Shown in pieces: positions 36,124 through 51,146 of a stretch of DNA of 64,000 bases; position 1 is the stretch's first letter; every line of letters begins with the position of its first letter. The stretch lies in the NCBI RefSeq assembly GCF_003334355.1, contig NZ_QOWP01000008.1, one strand, 5' to 3'. A program made the translations under genes and the position numbers. The notes beneath the pieces were generated by a model that worked only from the letters and a program-made list of their open reading frames with translations, searched no databases and had not been told where the DNA came from. This DNA comes from Escherichia coli (lineage in GTDB: Bacteria > Pseudomonadota > Gammaproteobacteria > Enterobacterales > Enterobacteriaceae).

Positions 36124-37268
36124 AAATCACCAAAATTACCACGTATCGTTTACCTCCCCGCTGGATGTTCCTGAAAATTGAAACCGATGAAGGCGTGGTC
36201 GGTTGGGGCGAGCCCGTGATCGAAGGCCGCGCCCGTACGGTGGAAGCGGCAGTTCACGAGCTGGGTGACTATTTGATTGGTCAGGATCCATCGCGCATCA
36301 ATGACTTATGGCAAGTGATGTATCGCGCCGGATTCTATCGCGGCGGTCCGATCCTGATGAGCGCCATCGCCGGGATTGACCAGGCGTTATGGGATATCAA
36401 AGGTAAAGTGCTGAATGCGCCGGTCTGGCAACTGATGGGCGGCCTGGTTCGCGACAAAATTAAAGCCTACAGTTGGGTTGGCGGCGATCGTCCGGCGGAT
36501 GTTATCGACGGCATTAAAACGCTACGCGAAATCGGCTTCGATACCTTCAAACTGAACGGTTGTGAAGAACTGGGGCTAATTGATAACTCCCGCGCGGTAG
36601 ATGCGGCGGTTAACACCGTGGCACAAATTCGTGAAGCTTTTGGCAATCAGATTGAGTTTGGTCTTGATTTCCACGGTCGCGTCAGCGCGCCGATGGCGAA
36701 AGTGCTGATTAAAGAACTGGAGCCGTATCGCCCGCTGTTTATTGAGGAGCCGGTGCTGGCGGAACAAGCCGAATACTACCCGAAACTGGCGGCACAAACG
36801 CATATTCCACTGGCGGCGGGTGAACGCATGTTCTCACGCTTCGATTTTAAACGCGTGCTGGAGGCAGGCGGTATTTCGATTCTGCAACCGGATCTCTCCC
36901 ACGCGGGCGGTATTACCGAATGCTACAAAATCGCCGGAATGGCAGAAGCCTATGACGTGACCCTTGCGCCGCACTGTCCGCTCGGACCGATTGCACTGGC
37001 GGCTTGCCTGCATATCGACTTTGTTTCCTATAACGCCGTACTTCAGGAACAAAGTATGGGAATTCATTACAACAAAGGCGCGGAGTTACTCGACTTTGTG
37101 AAAAACAAAGAAGACTTCAGCATGGTCGGCGGCTTCTTTAAACCGTTAACGAAACCGGGCTTAGGCGTGGAAATCGACGAAGCTAAAGTGATTGAGTTCA
37201 GTAAAAATGCCCCGGACTGGCGTAATCCGCTCTGGCGTCATGAAGATAACAGCGTAGCAGAGTGGTAA
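36120..37268 (+). CDS. dgoD: D-galactonate dehydratase DgoD (enolase superfamily)
   Basis: 382 aa from [25 protein letters not shown]. Confidence 0.95.
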
Positions 37269-37387
37269 TTCCTGCCACGTAAGCCCCTCATCGGGCACTA
37301 AAACAGCAATACAAAAATATAACCCTCTGTAAATTACAGGGCATGGTGAGCGGCTTCGCTATGCCCAAAATCTGGAGAAAGCTCGCT

Positions 37388-38680
37388 ATGGATATTCCCG
37401 TTAATGCAGCAAAGCCGGGGCGTCGGCGTTATCTGACGCTGGTGATGATCTTTATTACGGTAGTCATTTGTTATGTCGACCGCGCCAACCTGGCCGTGGC
37501 TTCCGCCCATATTCAGGAAGAGTTCGGTATTACCAAAGCGCAAATGGGCTATGTATTTTCGGTCTTCGCCTGGCTTTATACGCTATGTCAGATCCCCGGC
37601 GGTTGGTTTTTAGATCGCGTAGGTTCTCGCGTGACTTATTTTATTGCGATATTTGGCTGGTCAGTGGCGACTTTATTCCAGGGCTTTGCCTCGGGATTAA
37701 TGTCATTAATTGGTCTGCGCGCGATAACCGGTATTTTCGAAGCGCCCGCTTTCCCGACCAATAACCGGATGGTGACCAGCTGGTTCCCGGAACATGAACG
37801 CGCTTCTGCCGTTGGTTTTTATACGTCTGGTCAGTTTGTCGGTCTGGCGTTTCTGACTCCGCTGCTGATCTGGATTCAGGAGATGTTGAGCTGGCACTGG
37901 GTGTTCATTGTCACTGGTGGTATCGGCATTATCTGGTCGCTGATTTGGTTTAAGGTTTATCAGCCGCCGCGCCTGACCAAAGGTATCAGCAAAGCTGAAC
38001 TGGATTACATTCGTGATGGCGGCGGTCTGGTGGATGGTGATGCGCCGGTGAAGAAAGAGGCGCGTCAGCCGTTAACAGCCAAAGACTGGAAACTGGTGTT
38101 CCATCGGAAACTGATCGGCGTCTATCTTGGGCAATTTGCGGTGGCTTCTACACTGTGGTTTTTCTTAACCTGGTTCCCGAACTATTTAACCCAGGAAAAA
38201 GGAATCACGGCGCTGAAAGCAGGCTTTATGACCACGGTGCCATTCCTCGCGGCGTTTGTCGGCGTCCTGCTCTCTGGCTGGGTCGCGGATCTGCTGGTAC
38301 GTAAGGGCTTTTCACTGGGCTTTGCGCGTAAAACGCCGATTATCTGCGGCTTGCTGATCTCCACCTGCATTATGGGCGCTAACTACACTAACGATCCGAT
38401 GATGATTATGTGCCTGATGGCGCTGGCATTCTTCGGCAACGGTTTTGCTTCGATTACCTGGTCGCTGGTCTCTTCTCTGGCACCGATGCGCCTGATTGGT
38501 TTAACCGGTGGCGTGTTTAACTTCGCCGGTGGTCTGGGCGGCATCACCGTTCCGCTGGTGGTGGGGTACCTGGCGCAGGGTTACGGTTTCGCACCTGCAC
38601 TGGTTTATATCTCCGCCGTCGCGTTGATTGGCGCGCTCTCTTACATCCTGCTGGTGGGCGATGTGAAGCGCGTTGGCTAA
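37388..38680 (+). CDS. dgoT: D-galactonate:H+ symporter DgoT (MFS)
   Basis: 430 aa from [22 protein letters not shown]; the track ORF starts 15 codons upstream. Confidence 0.93.
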   Translation: MDIPVNAAKPGRRRYLTLVMIFITVVICYVDRANLAVASAHIQEEFGITKAQMGYVFSVFAWLYTLCQIPGGWFLDRVGSRVTYFIAIFGWSVATLFQGFASGLMSLIGLRAITGIFEAPAFPTNNRMVTSWFPEHERASAVGFYTSGQFVGLAFLTPLLIWIQEMLSWHWVFIVTGGIGIIWSLIWFKVYQPPRLTKGISKAELDYIRDGGGLVDGDAPVKKEARQPLTAKDWKLVFHRKLIGVYLGQFAVASTLWFFLTWFPNYLTQEKGITALKAGFMTTVPFLAAFVGVLLSGWVADLLVRKGFSLGFARKTPIICGLLISTCIMGANYTNDPMMIMCLMALAFFGNGFASITWSLVSSLAPMRLIGLTGGVFNFAGGLGGITVPLVVGYLAQGYGFAPALVYISAVALIGALSYILLVGDVKRVG

Positions 38681-39741
38681 TCTTTCAACTGTGGAATATG
38701 CGCCACACCACTGCGCATAATCCACTTTCTTAAAGCCGGTGCGGTCAGGCATCGGCTTTTTACTATCTTGCCGAAGAGTTTTAAACGCAGTTTGCGGGTG
38801 GCGCGCCAGTAAGCGGTATTGAGCTTCTCTGGCTGCTTCAGTAACACCGAACGCAGAATGTCTGCGCTATCCAGCGCATAGCTAATCCCCTCCAGCGAAC
38901 TGGCGCTGATAAATCCTGCCGCTTCGCCAATCAGAAAGGCGTTGTCCTTACCGCAGACAAAATCCTGCCAGCGTGAGGGAAACAGCACCGTGCATTTTTC
39001 GCTTTTCACCGCCTTACCAAACTGGAACTGAAAGGCGCTCATTTTCTCTTTCAGCGTCGTGAAACGCGTCTGACCGTCTTTCATTGGATAAGCACCGCCA
39101 AAGATAAAATAACCGTCTTTGCTGATACTCCATGAATAACAGTTAGTTATCGAATTATCAAAGATGCAGGAGTAGAACGGCACCGGATGTTTCTCTGCGA
39201 ACCACTGCTGGATAGCGACATATTTACGGATTTGATGATCCGGGTAGAGATGTCGCCGCACCATCGAGTTTGCGCCATCGGCACCGACCAGATAGCGGGC
39301 AGTAATATGTTGCTCCCAGCCGTCTGCACGAAAAATGACATGCCATTTATCATCCTCACGCCAGATTTTTCGACACAGGCTGTCGTGATAAACCTCAACG
39401 CTGGCGGGGATCAGCGATTTCATCCACAAGTCGAAAGCATGGCGATTAATATTGATATAGCTTCGCTGGTAGTTACGCGTGAGCGATGCGGCGACGTCGA
39501 CGGTTTTGACGCTGAAAATCTGCGGATTAGCGATCACATCGACAGGAAGCGTCAGCCCATCGCGAATAAAAGATAGCTGCGCGTCCGGTGCCAGCAGACC
39601 GCCGCAGGGTTTGCTGAAACCTTCAGTACCACACTGGTGCTTTTTATCCAGCGCGATCACCTGCATTTTGCCTGCTAACTTTCGTGCCAACGCCGATCCT
39701 GCCGGGCCGAGGCCAATAATCGCCACGTCGAAATGTTCCAT
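38677..39741 (-). CDS. cbrA: FAD-dependent oxidoreductase CbrA (YidS)
   Basis: 354 aa from [19 protein letters not shown] (FAD-binding GxGxxG). Confidence 0.9.
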   Translation of the reverse strand: MEHFDVAIIGLGPAGSALARKLAGKMQVIALDKKHQCGTEGFSKPCGGLLAPDAQLSFIRDGLTLPVDVIANPQIFSVKTVDVAASLTRNYQRSYININRHAFDLWMKSLIPASVEVYHDSLCRKIWREDDKWHVIFRADGWEQHITARYLVGADGANSMVRRHLYPDHQIRKYVAIQQWFAEKHPVPFYSCIFDNSITNCYSWSISKDGYFIFGGAYPMKDGQTRFTTLKEKMSAFQFQFGKAVKSEKCTVLFPSRWQDFVCGKDNAFLIGEAAGFISASSLEGISYALDSADILRSVLLKQPEKLNTAYWRATRKLRLKLFGKIVKSRCLTAPALRKWIMRSGVAHIPQLKD

Positions 39742-39805
39742 CTTTTCACTCACATTCATCACGATGGCAAAAGACTATTGTCTGAAAGTGAAGTCCTTGT
39801 GAAGT

Positions 39806-41056
39806 ATGATGGCGGGAACCGTTTTGTATCAGGACCACGCCATGAAACAGATAACCTTTGCTCCCCGTAATCACCTGCTCACCAATACCAATACCTGGAC
39901 GCCCGACAGCCAGTGGCTGGTATTTGACGTGCGTCCTTCTGGGGCGTCGTTTACCGGCGAGACCATTGAGCGTGTGAATATCCATACCGGCGAGGTCGAG
40001 GTTATCTATCGCGCGTCACAGGGCGCACATGTCGGCGTGGTGACCGTTCATCCGAAGTCAGATAAATATGTCTTTATTCACGGCCCTGAAAATCCTGATG
40101 AAACATGGCATTACGATTTCCATCATCGACGCGGAGTCATTGCTAAAGGCGGCAAGGTGAGCAATCTCGATGCAATGGATATTACTGCACCGTACACCCC
40201 AGGAGCGCTGCGCGGCGGCAGCCATGTACATGTCTTTAGCCCGGACGGTGAAAGGGTGAGCTTTACCTATAACGACCATGTAATGCATCAGCTCGATTCG
40301 GCGCTGGATTTGCGAAACGTCGGTGTTGCCGCACCGTTTGGTCCGGTGAATGTACAAAAGCAGCATCCGCGTGAATACAGCGGGAGCCACTGGTGTGTGC
40401 TGGTGAGCAAAACCACGCCCACGCCGCAGCCGGGCAGCGATGAAATCAATCGTGCTTATGAAGAAGGATGGGTAGGAAATCACGCGCTGGCGTTTATTGG
40501 CGACACACTTTCGCCAAAGGGCGAGAAAGTGCCGGAGCTGTTTATCGTTGAGTTACCGCAAGATGAAGCTGGCTGGAAAGCAGCAGGTGATGCGCCGTTA
40601 AGTGGAACGGAAACAACCCTGCCCGCGCCACCGCGTGGCGTCGTGCAGCGACGTTTAACCTTTACCCACCATCGGGCTTATCCGGGGTTAGTCAACGTCC
40701 CGCGCCACTGGGTGCGCTGTAATCCGCAGGGTACACAAATCGCGTTTTTAATGCGAGATGATAACGGCATTGTGCAACTGTGGCTTATCTCGCCACAGGG
40801 CGGCGAGCCGCGCCAGTTAACCCATAACAAAACGGATATTCAGTCTGCATTTAACTGGCATCCATCAGGAGAATGGTTGGGCTTTGTGCTGGATAATCGA
40901 ATTGCTTGTGCCCATGCGCAAAGCGGCGAGGTTGAGTATTTAACCGAAAACCACGCCAATCCACCTTCTGCGGACGCCGTGGTCTTCTCGCCGGATGGTC
41001 AATGGCTGGCGTGGATGGAAGGCGGCCAGCTGTGGATCACCGAAACTGATCGCTAA
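39806..41056 (+). CDS. yidR: Beta-propeller-like protein YidR (DUF3748)
   Basis: About 415-aa ORF; start uncertain (39806, 39809 or 39842); synteny. Confidence 0.85.
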   Translation: MMAGTVLYQDHAMKQITFAPRNHLLTNTNTWTPDSQWLVFDVRPSGASFTGETIERVNIHTGEVEVIYRASQGAHVGVVTVHPKSDKYVFIHGPENPDETWHYDFHHRRGVIAKGGKVSNLDAMDITAPYTPGALRGGSHVHVFSPDGERVSFTYNDHVMHQLDSALDLRNVGVAAPFGPVNVQKQHPREYSGSHWCVLVSKTTPTPQPGSDEINRAYEEGWVGNHALAFIGDTLSPKGEKVPELFIVELPQDEAGWKAAGDAPLSGTETTLPAPPRGVVQRRLTFTHHRAYPGLVNVPRHWVRCNPQGTQIAFLMRDDNGIVQLWLISPQGGEPRQLTHNKTDIQSAFNWHPSGEWLGFVLDNRIACAHAQSGEVEYLTENHANPPSADAVVFSPDGQWLAWMEGGQLWITETDR

Positions 41057-41057
41057 A

Positions 41058-41390
41058 TCAGTTATCAGGCATTCTGGCCGGTGGAATAACCGCATTGGTG
41101 GCTTGCGCGTTGGCTTCGCTTTTTTCAACGCGTGAGCGCACCGAGCTGTCTTTGCGGAACACATCCCACGGTAATAAAAGCGTGTCCATCACAGCGGTAA
41201 ACGGCATATCGAGAATCGCCAGCGACTTAGTGCCCCAGTTGGTTTCATCATCGCCAATCATGGTGGCGCTGGCGCGGGTGCCGGGATACGTTCCTTCTTT
41301 CCCTCCGGTATGGGACATCACGCTGGAGCATCCTCCGAGTAATGCCATTCCACTGCATATCATGAACGCTAACAACACATTTCTTATCAT
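41058..41390 (-). CDS. yidQ: Putative outer-membrane lipoprotein YidQ
   Basis: 110 aa from MIRNVLLAFMICSGMALLGGC (lipobox). Confidence 0.85.
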   Translation of the reverse strand: MIRNVLLAFMICSGMALLGGCSSVMSHTGGKEGTYPGTRASATMIGDDETNWGTKSLAILDMPFTAVMDTLLLPWDVFRKDSSVRSRVEKSEANAQATNAVIPPARMPDN

Positions 41391-41564
41391 AATAAATTCA
41401 TCTGTTGATCGTGGGTGTTGGCCTGATGAGTTATAGCGATCCCTTGCTGAAAATAACATCATCATTACGTCGCTCTGTGGCGGCAATCGCACTTTAACGT
41501 TTCGTGCTGCCCCCTCAGTCTATGCAATAGACCATAAACTGCAAAAAAAAGTCCGCTGATAAGG

Positions 41565-41593
41565 CTTGAAAAGTTCATTTTCAGACCCATTTT
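41565..41593 (+). promoter_or_regulatory. Sigma-32 heat-shock promoter of ibpA; the roughly 100-nt 5'UTR that follows is the known ROSE-like RNA-thermometer region
   Basis: CTTGAAA, 14-nt spacer, then CCCATTTT, matching the sigma-32 consensus. Confidence 0.8.
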
Positions 41594-41695
41594 TACATCG
41601 TAGCCGATGAGGACGCGCCTGATGGGTGTTCTGGCTACCTGACCTGTCCATTGTGGAAGGTCTTACATTCTCGCTGATTTCAGGAGCTATTGATT

Positions 41696-42109
41696 ATGCG
41701 TAACTTTGATTTATCCCCGCTTTACCGTTCTGCTATTGGATTTGACCGTTTGTTTAACCACTTAGAAAACAACCAGAGCCAGAGTAATGGCGGCTACCCT
41801 CCGTATAACGTTGAACTGGTAGACGAAAACCATTACCGCATTGCTATCGCTGTGGCTGGTTTTGCTGAGAGCGAACTGGAAATTACCGCCCAGGATAATC
41901 TGCTGGTGGTGAAAGGTGCTCACGCCGACGAACAAAAAGAGCGCACCTATCTGTACCAGGGCATCGCTGAACGCAACTTTGAACGCAAATTCCAGTTAGC
42001 TGAGAACATTCATGTTCGTGGCGCTAACCTGGTAAATGGTTTGCTGTATATCGATCTCGAACGCGTGATTCCGGAAGCGAAAAAACCGCGCCGTATCGAA
42101 ATCAACTAA
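41696..42109 (+). CDS. ibpA: Small heat-shock protein IbpA
   Basis: 137 aa from [19 protein letters not shown]; alpha-crystallin domain. Confidence 0.97.
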
Positions 42110-42220
42110 TTCCCTAAGGCCGCCTGGCGCGGCCTGACATCTCCATGCTCGCCGTCAGGGAGCATATGCGAATCTTCAGATTTGCAGGTACTTACTCGCT
42201 TCTTAGAAGGAGAAATGACT

Positions 42221-42649
42221 ATGCGTAACTTCGATTTATCCCCACTGATGCGTCAATGGATCGGTTTTGACAAACTGGCCAACGCACTGCAAAACGCCGG
42301 TGAAAGTCAGAGCTTCCCGCCGTACAACATTGAGAAAAGCGACGATAACCACTACCGCATTACCCTTGCGCTGGCAGGTTTCCGTCAGGAAGATTTAGAG
42401 ATTCAACTGGAAGGTACGCGCCTGAGCGTAAAAGGCACGCCGGAGCAGCCAAAAGAAGAGAAAAAATGGCTGCATCAAGGGCTTATGAATCAGCCATTTA
42501 GCCTGAGCTTTACGCTGGCTGAAAATATGGAAGTCTCTGGCGCAACCTTCGTAAACGGTTTACTGCATATTGATTTAATTCGTAATGAGCCTGAACCCAT
42601 CGCAGCGCAGCGTATCGCTATCAGCGAACGTCCCGCGTTAAATAGCTAA
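42221..42649 (+). CDS. ibpB: Small heat-shock protein IbpB
   Basis: 142 aa from [19 protein letters not shown]; paralogue of IbpA. Confidence 0.97.
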
Positions 42650-42664
42650 CTAGCTATTCTCTTT

Positions 42665-42695
42665 GCCCCGCCATTCTGGTGGGGCTTTTTTTGTC
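42665..42695 (+). terminator. Intrinsic terminator after ibpB
   Basis: gccccgcc...ggggc hairpin followed by a T7 tract. Confidence 0.75.
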
Positions 42696-42844
42696 TTTCT
42701 TCTTCAACAATGCGTTAAATTTCGCCTGTTTAAGATATTTCGGCACGTTCTTTCCCGTGATAATGTGCGCTATAAGGCAAATCTGCTTCACCGATTCAGC
42801 CATAATCCGTAGCAATTAAAATGTTATCTCAAGAGAAATGGACG

Positions 42845-44506
42845 ATGAGTGATATAGCATTAACGGTCAGTATTTTGGCTTTGGTGGCAGTCGTCGGTTT
42901 GTTTATCGGCAACGTCAAATTTCGCGGCATAGGATTAGGTATTGGCGGCGTGCTGTTTGGTGGGATCATCGTCGGCCATTTTGTTTCTCAGGCGGGGATG
43001 ACATTAAGTAGCGATATGCTGCATGTTATTCAGGAATTTGGCCTGATTCTGTTCGTTTATACTATCGGGATTCAGGTAGGGCCGGGCTTCTTTGCCTCAT
43101 TGCGCGTCTCCGGATTACGCCTCAACCTGTTTGCTGTTCTGATCGTCATCATCGGTGGTCTGGTTACCGCCATCCTGCATAAACTGTTTGATATTCCACT
43201 GCCGGTAGTGCTGGGGATTTTCTCCGGTGCGGTAACCAATACGCCAGCGCTGGGGGCAGGGCAGCAGATCTTGCGCGACTTGGGTACACCAATGGAAATG
43301 GTCGATCAGATGGGGATGAGTTACGCGATGGCGTATCCATTCGGCATTTGCGGGATATTGTTCACCATGTGGATGTTGCGGGTTATTTTCCGCGTCAATG
43401 TCGAGACAGAAGCCCAGCAGCACGAGTCTTCACGCACCAATGGCGGCGCGCTGATCAAGACTATCAATATTCGCGTTGAGAACCCTAACCTGCATGATTT
43501 AGCCATTAAAGATGTACCGATTCTCAACGGCGACAAAATTATCTGCTCGCGTCTGAAACGAGAAGAAACCCTAAAAGTACCTTCGCCAGATACCATTATC
43601 CAACTGGGCGATTTGCTGCATCTGGTGGGGCAGCCAGCGGATTTACATAATGCGCAACTGGTGATTGGTCAGGAGGTCGATACCTCGCTGTCCACGAAAG
43701 GCACTGATTTGCGCGTCGAGCGTGTGGTGGTCACCAATGAAAACGTGCTTGGTAAGCGTATTCGCGACCTGCATTTTAAAGAACGCTATGACGTTGTTAT
43801 CTCGCGCCTGAACCGTGCCGGGGTCGAACTGGTCGCCAGTGGCGATATCAGCCTGCAGTTCGGCGATATCCTCAATCTGGTGGGGCGTCCGTCCGCAATT
43901 GATGCCGTTGCCAATGTGCTGGGGAATGCGCAGCAAAAACTGCAACAGGTTCAGATGCTGCCAGTGTTTATTGGCATCGGGCTAGGCGTATTGTTAGGTT
44001 CTATTCCCGTCTTTGTGCCAGGATTCCCGGCCGCGTTGAAACTGGGGCTGGCGGGCGGACCGCTGATTATGGCGTTGATCCTCGGGCGTATCGGCAGTAT
44101 CGGCAAGCTGTACTGGTTTATGCCGCCAAGCGCCAACCTCGCGCTGCGGGAGCTGGGGATCGTGCTGTTCCTCTCGGTCGTTGGTCTGAAATCTGGTGGG
44201 GATTTTGTGAATACCCTGGTCAATGGCGAAGGGCTAAGCTGGATTGGTTATGGTGCCCTGATCACCGCCGTTCCGCTGATTACTGTTGGCATTCTGGCGC
44301 GGATGTTAGCCAAAATGAATTACCTGACCATGTGCGGGATGCTGGCAGGTTCCATGACCGATCCTCCGGCGCTGGCGTTTGCTAATAATCTTCATCCAAC
44401 CAGCGGTGCGGCGGCGCTCTCTTACGCCACTGTCTATCCGTTGGTAATGTTCCTGCGCATTATCACCCCCCAATTACTGGCGGTGCTCTTCTGGAGTATC
44501 GGTTAA
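42845..44506 (+). CDS. yidE: Putative transporter YidE (AAE family, two TrkA-C/RCK_C domains)
   Basis: 553 aa from [22 protein letters not shown]; membrane repeats flanking central soluble domains. Confidence 0.93.
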
Positions 44507-45140
44507 CTCTTTTCCGGGTGGAGTCGCCGTAAATGGTACTCCACCTGGTATTCGCTGGCATTTCTGAACATCACTGAATAATTCAAAAACTCCCCGCTCT
44601 CGCTATATGACAACGAGGTTATCCGCAGCAGTGGCGTGTGTTCCGCTACCTTCATTTGCCGCGCCAGCAGTCTATCGGCGAGCACTGGCGTCAGGCTTTC
44701 ATAATTACCGCCAATCAAAATCCCGCACTCTTGTTCAATATATTCAAACTTCGACCCTTCCAGATGTTGCAGCGAAAGATTACGGAACAGTTTTACCGGC
44801 ATATAGCTGTCTTCCAGCATCAGCGGTTTCCCTTCCACAAAACGAACGCGACGGGAGAAGTAGATCTGCTCGTTGATTTGAATCCGTAACTGGCTGGCAA
44901 TGGCCGGAGGCGCAGGCATGATTTCAAAAATCAGCACCTGGCTGGTGACCGTTTTTCCCTGCCGTGGCGGCGGACCACCAATCCCCACGCTACCAGCAGG
45001 TCAATGGCTTTACGGATGGTCATCCGCGATACCGCAAATTCTTCCGCCAACTTTTTTTCACCGGGAAGAAGGCTATTTAGCGTGAAATCTGCGGAATTAA
45101 GTCGAATTCTTAACCGCTCCGCAATGCTTTTGTAGATCAT
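44503..45140 (-). pseudogene. yidP: GntR/HutC-family regulator YidP, reading frame disrupted
   Basis: The N-terminal wHTH (MIYKSIAERL...VVRRHG) sits in one frame (track ORF 44931-45299) and the UTRA-like C-terminus (QGKTVTSQVLIF...HPEKS) in another (track ORF 44503-44988); the frames overlap by 58 nt. Confidence 0.7.
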
Positions 45141-45435
45141 CTCTAGATCTCTTTTTTGCCTGCAAGCCCGGGTAATGCGCCCACAAGTTCTGCTTAATCG
45201 ATTGAAAAAACATCTTTTTTTTAAACATGTGTTCGATGCTGTGTACCAGTGCTCACAGATGTCTACTTTTTCGCGAAAACGTAGATCTCTACCGCCCAAC
45301 GAAAAGCATGAAAGCGATCACGAATCCCATTGGGTCGTCATGTTCTGCCGATCGCATCTTCCTATCCTCGCTCCAGGCCTGCCGCATAACCAATCAGGCT
45401 TCCTACTTACAGAATTGAGAAAAGAGGATGTGGAA

Positions 45436-49264
<3,829 letters not shown>

Positions 49265-49430
49265 TTTAATATCCCTCCGGCGAATTATGCTCACAACCTG
49301 AACTTAACAGAAAACAATCCGTTCAGGGATACGACGTTTGTATTTTAAGAATCTGACTGCCTGACCCGACGCATTTTACCTCTCCCTATATTCATGCGTC
49401 CGGGACATAAACATAAATAAGGGCTATGAG

Positions 49431-51146
49431 ATGAATTCGTTACAAATCTTGAGTTTTGTCGGTTTTACGCTGCTGGTGGCGGTGATCACCTGGTGGAAGG
49501 TCCGCAAAACAGATACCGGATCGCAACAAGGCTATTTTCTTGCCGGACGTTCACTAAAAGCGCCGGTTATTGCCGCTTCGTTAATGCTAACCAACCTTTC
49601 CACGGAACAACTGGTCGGCCTTTCCGGGCAGGCCTACAAAAGCGGCATGTCGGTGATGGGCTGGGAAGTGACTTCAGCGGTGACGCTGATCTTCCTCGCG
49701 CTAATCTTTTTACCGCGCTATCTGAAGCGCGGCATTGCCACCATCCCCGATTTTCTGGAGGAACGTTATGATAAAACGACGCGTATTATCATCGACTTCT
49801 GCTTCCTAATTGCCACCGGCGTCTGCTTTCTGCCGATTGTTCTCTACTCCGGCGCGTTGGCGCTCAACAGCCTGTTTCACGTCGGGGAATCGCTACAGAT
49901 TTCTCACGGTGCGGCTATCTGGCTACTGGTAATTTTGCTTGGTCTGGCGGGAATTTTGTATGCGGTGATCGGCGGACTGCGCGCAATGGCAGTGGCGGAC
50001 TCCATCAACGGTATTGGGCTGGTTATCGGCGGGTTGATGGTGCCGGTATTTGGCCTGATCGCGATGGGCAAGGGCAGCTTTATGCAGGGCATTGAGCAAC
50101 TCACCACCGTTCACGCCGAGAAATTAAACTCAATCGGTGGCCCGACCGATCCCTTGCCGATTGGCGCGGCATTTACCGGTTTGATTCTGGTGAACACCTT
50201 TTACTGGTGTACAAATCAGGGCATCGTGCAACGCACGCTGGCGTCAAAAAGCCTGGCGGAAGGGCAAAAGGGGGCGCTGTTAACGGCGGTGCTGAAAATG
50301 CTCGACCCGCTGGTACTGGTGCTGCCAGGGTTGATTGCGTTTCATCTGTATCAGGATTTACCGAAAGCCGACATGGCCTACCCGACGCTGGTCAATAACG
50401 TTCTGCCAGTGCCAATGGTGGGTTTCTTCGGCGCGGTGTTATTTGGTGCGGTGATCAGTACCTTCAACGGCTTTCTGAATAGCGCCAGTACGTTATTCAG
50501 TATGGGTATTTACCGTCGCATCATTAACCAGAATGCCGAGCCGCAGCAGCTGGTCACCGTCGGGCGCAAATTTGGTTTCTTTATCGCTATCGTTTCGGTG
50601 CTGGTCGCGCCGTGGATCGCCAACGCGCCGCAGGGGCTGTATAGCTGGATGAAACAGCTCAACGGCATTTACAACGTGCCGCTGGTTACCATCATCATTA
50701 TGGGCTTTTTCTTCCCGCGCATCCCGGCGCTGGCGGCAAAAGTAGCGATGGGGATTGGCATAATCAGCTACATCACCATCAACTATCTGGTGAAGTTCGA
50801 CTTCCATTTCCTCTATGTGCTGGCCTGTACGTTCTGCATCAACGTGGTCGTGATGCTGGTGATCGGTTTTATCAAACCGCGCGCCACGCCGTTCACCTTC
50901 AAAGATGCGTTTGCGGTGGACATGAAACCGTGGAAAAACGTCAAGATCGCGTCAATTGGCATCCTGTTCGCGATGATTGGCGTCTATGCCGGGCTGGCTG
51001 AATTCGGCGGCTACGGTACGCGCTGGTTAGCGATGATCAGTTATTTCATTGCCGCCGTAGTGATTGTCTACCTGATTTTTGACAGCTGGCGGCATCGTCA
51101 CGACCCAGCCGTAACCTTTACTCCCGACGGGAAGGATAGCCTATGA
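49431..51146 (+). CDS. yidK: Sodium:solute symporter family transporter YidK
   Basis: 571-aa polytopic SSF-type membrane protein. Confidence 0.9.
   Translation: MNSLQILSFVGFTLLVAVITWWKVRKTDTGSQQGYFLAGRSLKAPVIAASLMLTNLSTEQLVGLSGQAYKSGMSVMGWEVTSAVTLIFLALIFLPRYLKRGIATIPDFLEERYDKTTRIIIDFCFLIATGVCFLPIVLYSGALALNSLFHVGESLQISHGAAIWLLVILLGLAGILYAVIGGLRAMAVADSINGIGLVIGGLMVPVFGLIAMGKGSFMQGIEQLTTVHAEKLNSIGGPTDPLPIGAAFTGLILVNTFYWCTNQGIVQRTLASKSLAEGQKGALLTAVLKMLDPLVLVLPGLIAFHLYQDLPKADMAYPTLVNNVLPVPMVGFFGAVLFGAVISTFNGFLNSASTLFSMGIYRRIINQNAEPQQLVTVGRKFGFFIAIVSVLVAPWIANAPQGLYSWMKQLNGIYNVPLVTIIIMGFFFPRIPALAAKVAMGIGIISYITINYLVKFDFHFLYVLACTFCINVVVMLVIGFIKPRATPFTFKDAFAVDMKPWKNVKIASIGILFAMIGVYAGLAEFGGYGTRWLAMISYFIAAVVIVYLIFDSWRHRHDPAVTFTPDGKDSL

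Noticed and set aside
45141-45435. Upstream extension of track ORF 45175-45945 (87 extra N-terminal codons) as part of the PTS protein
   Set aside because: The extension covers the divergent yidP/glv promoter region and has no membrane-protein character; the EIIC consensus N-terminus and a good RBS occur at 45436.
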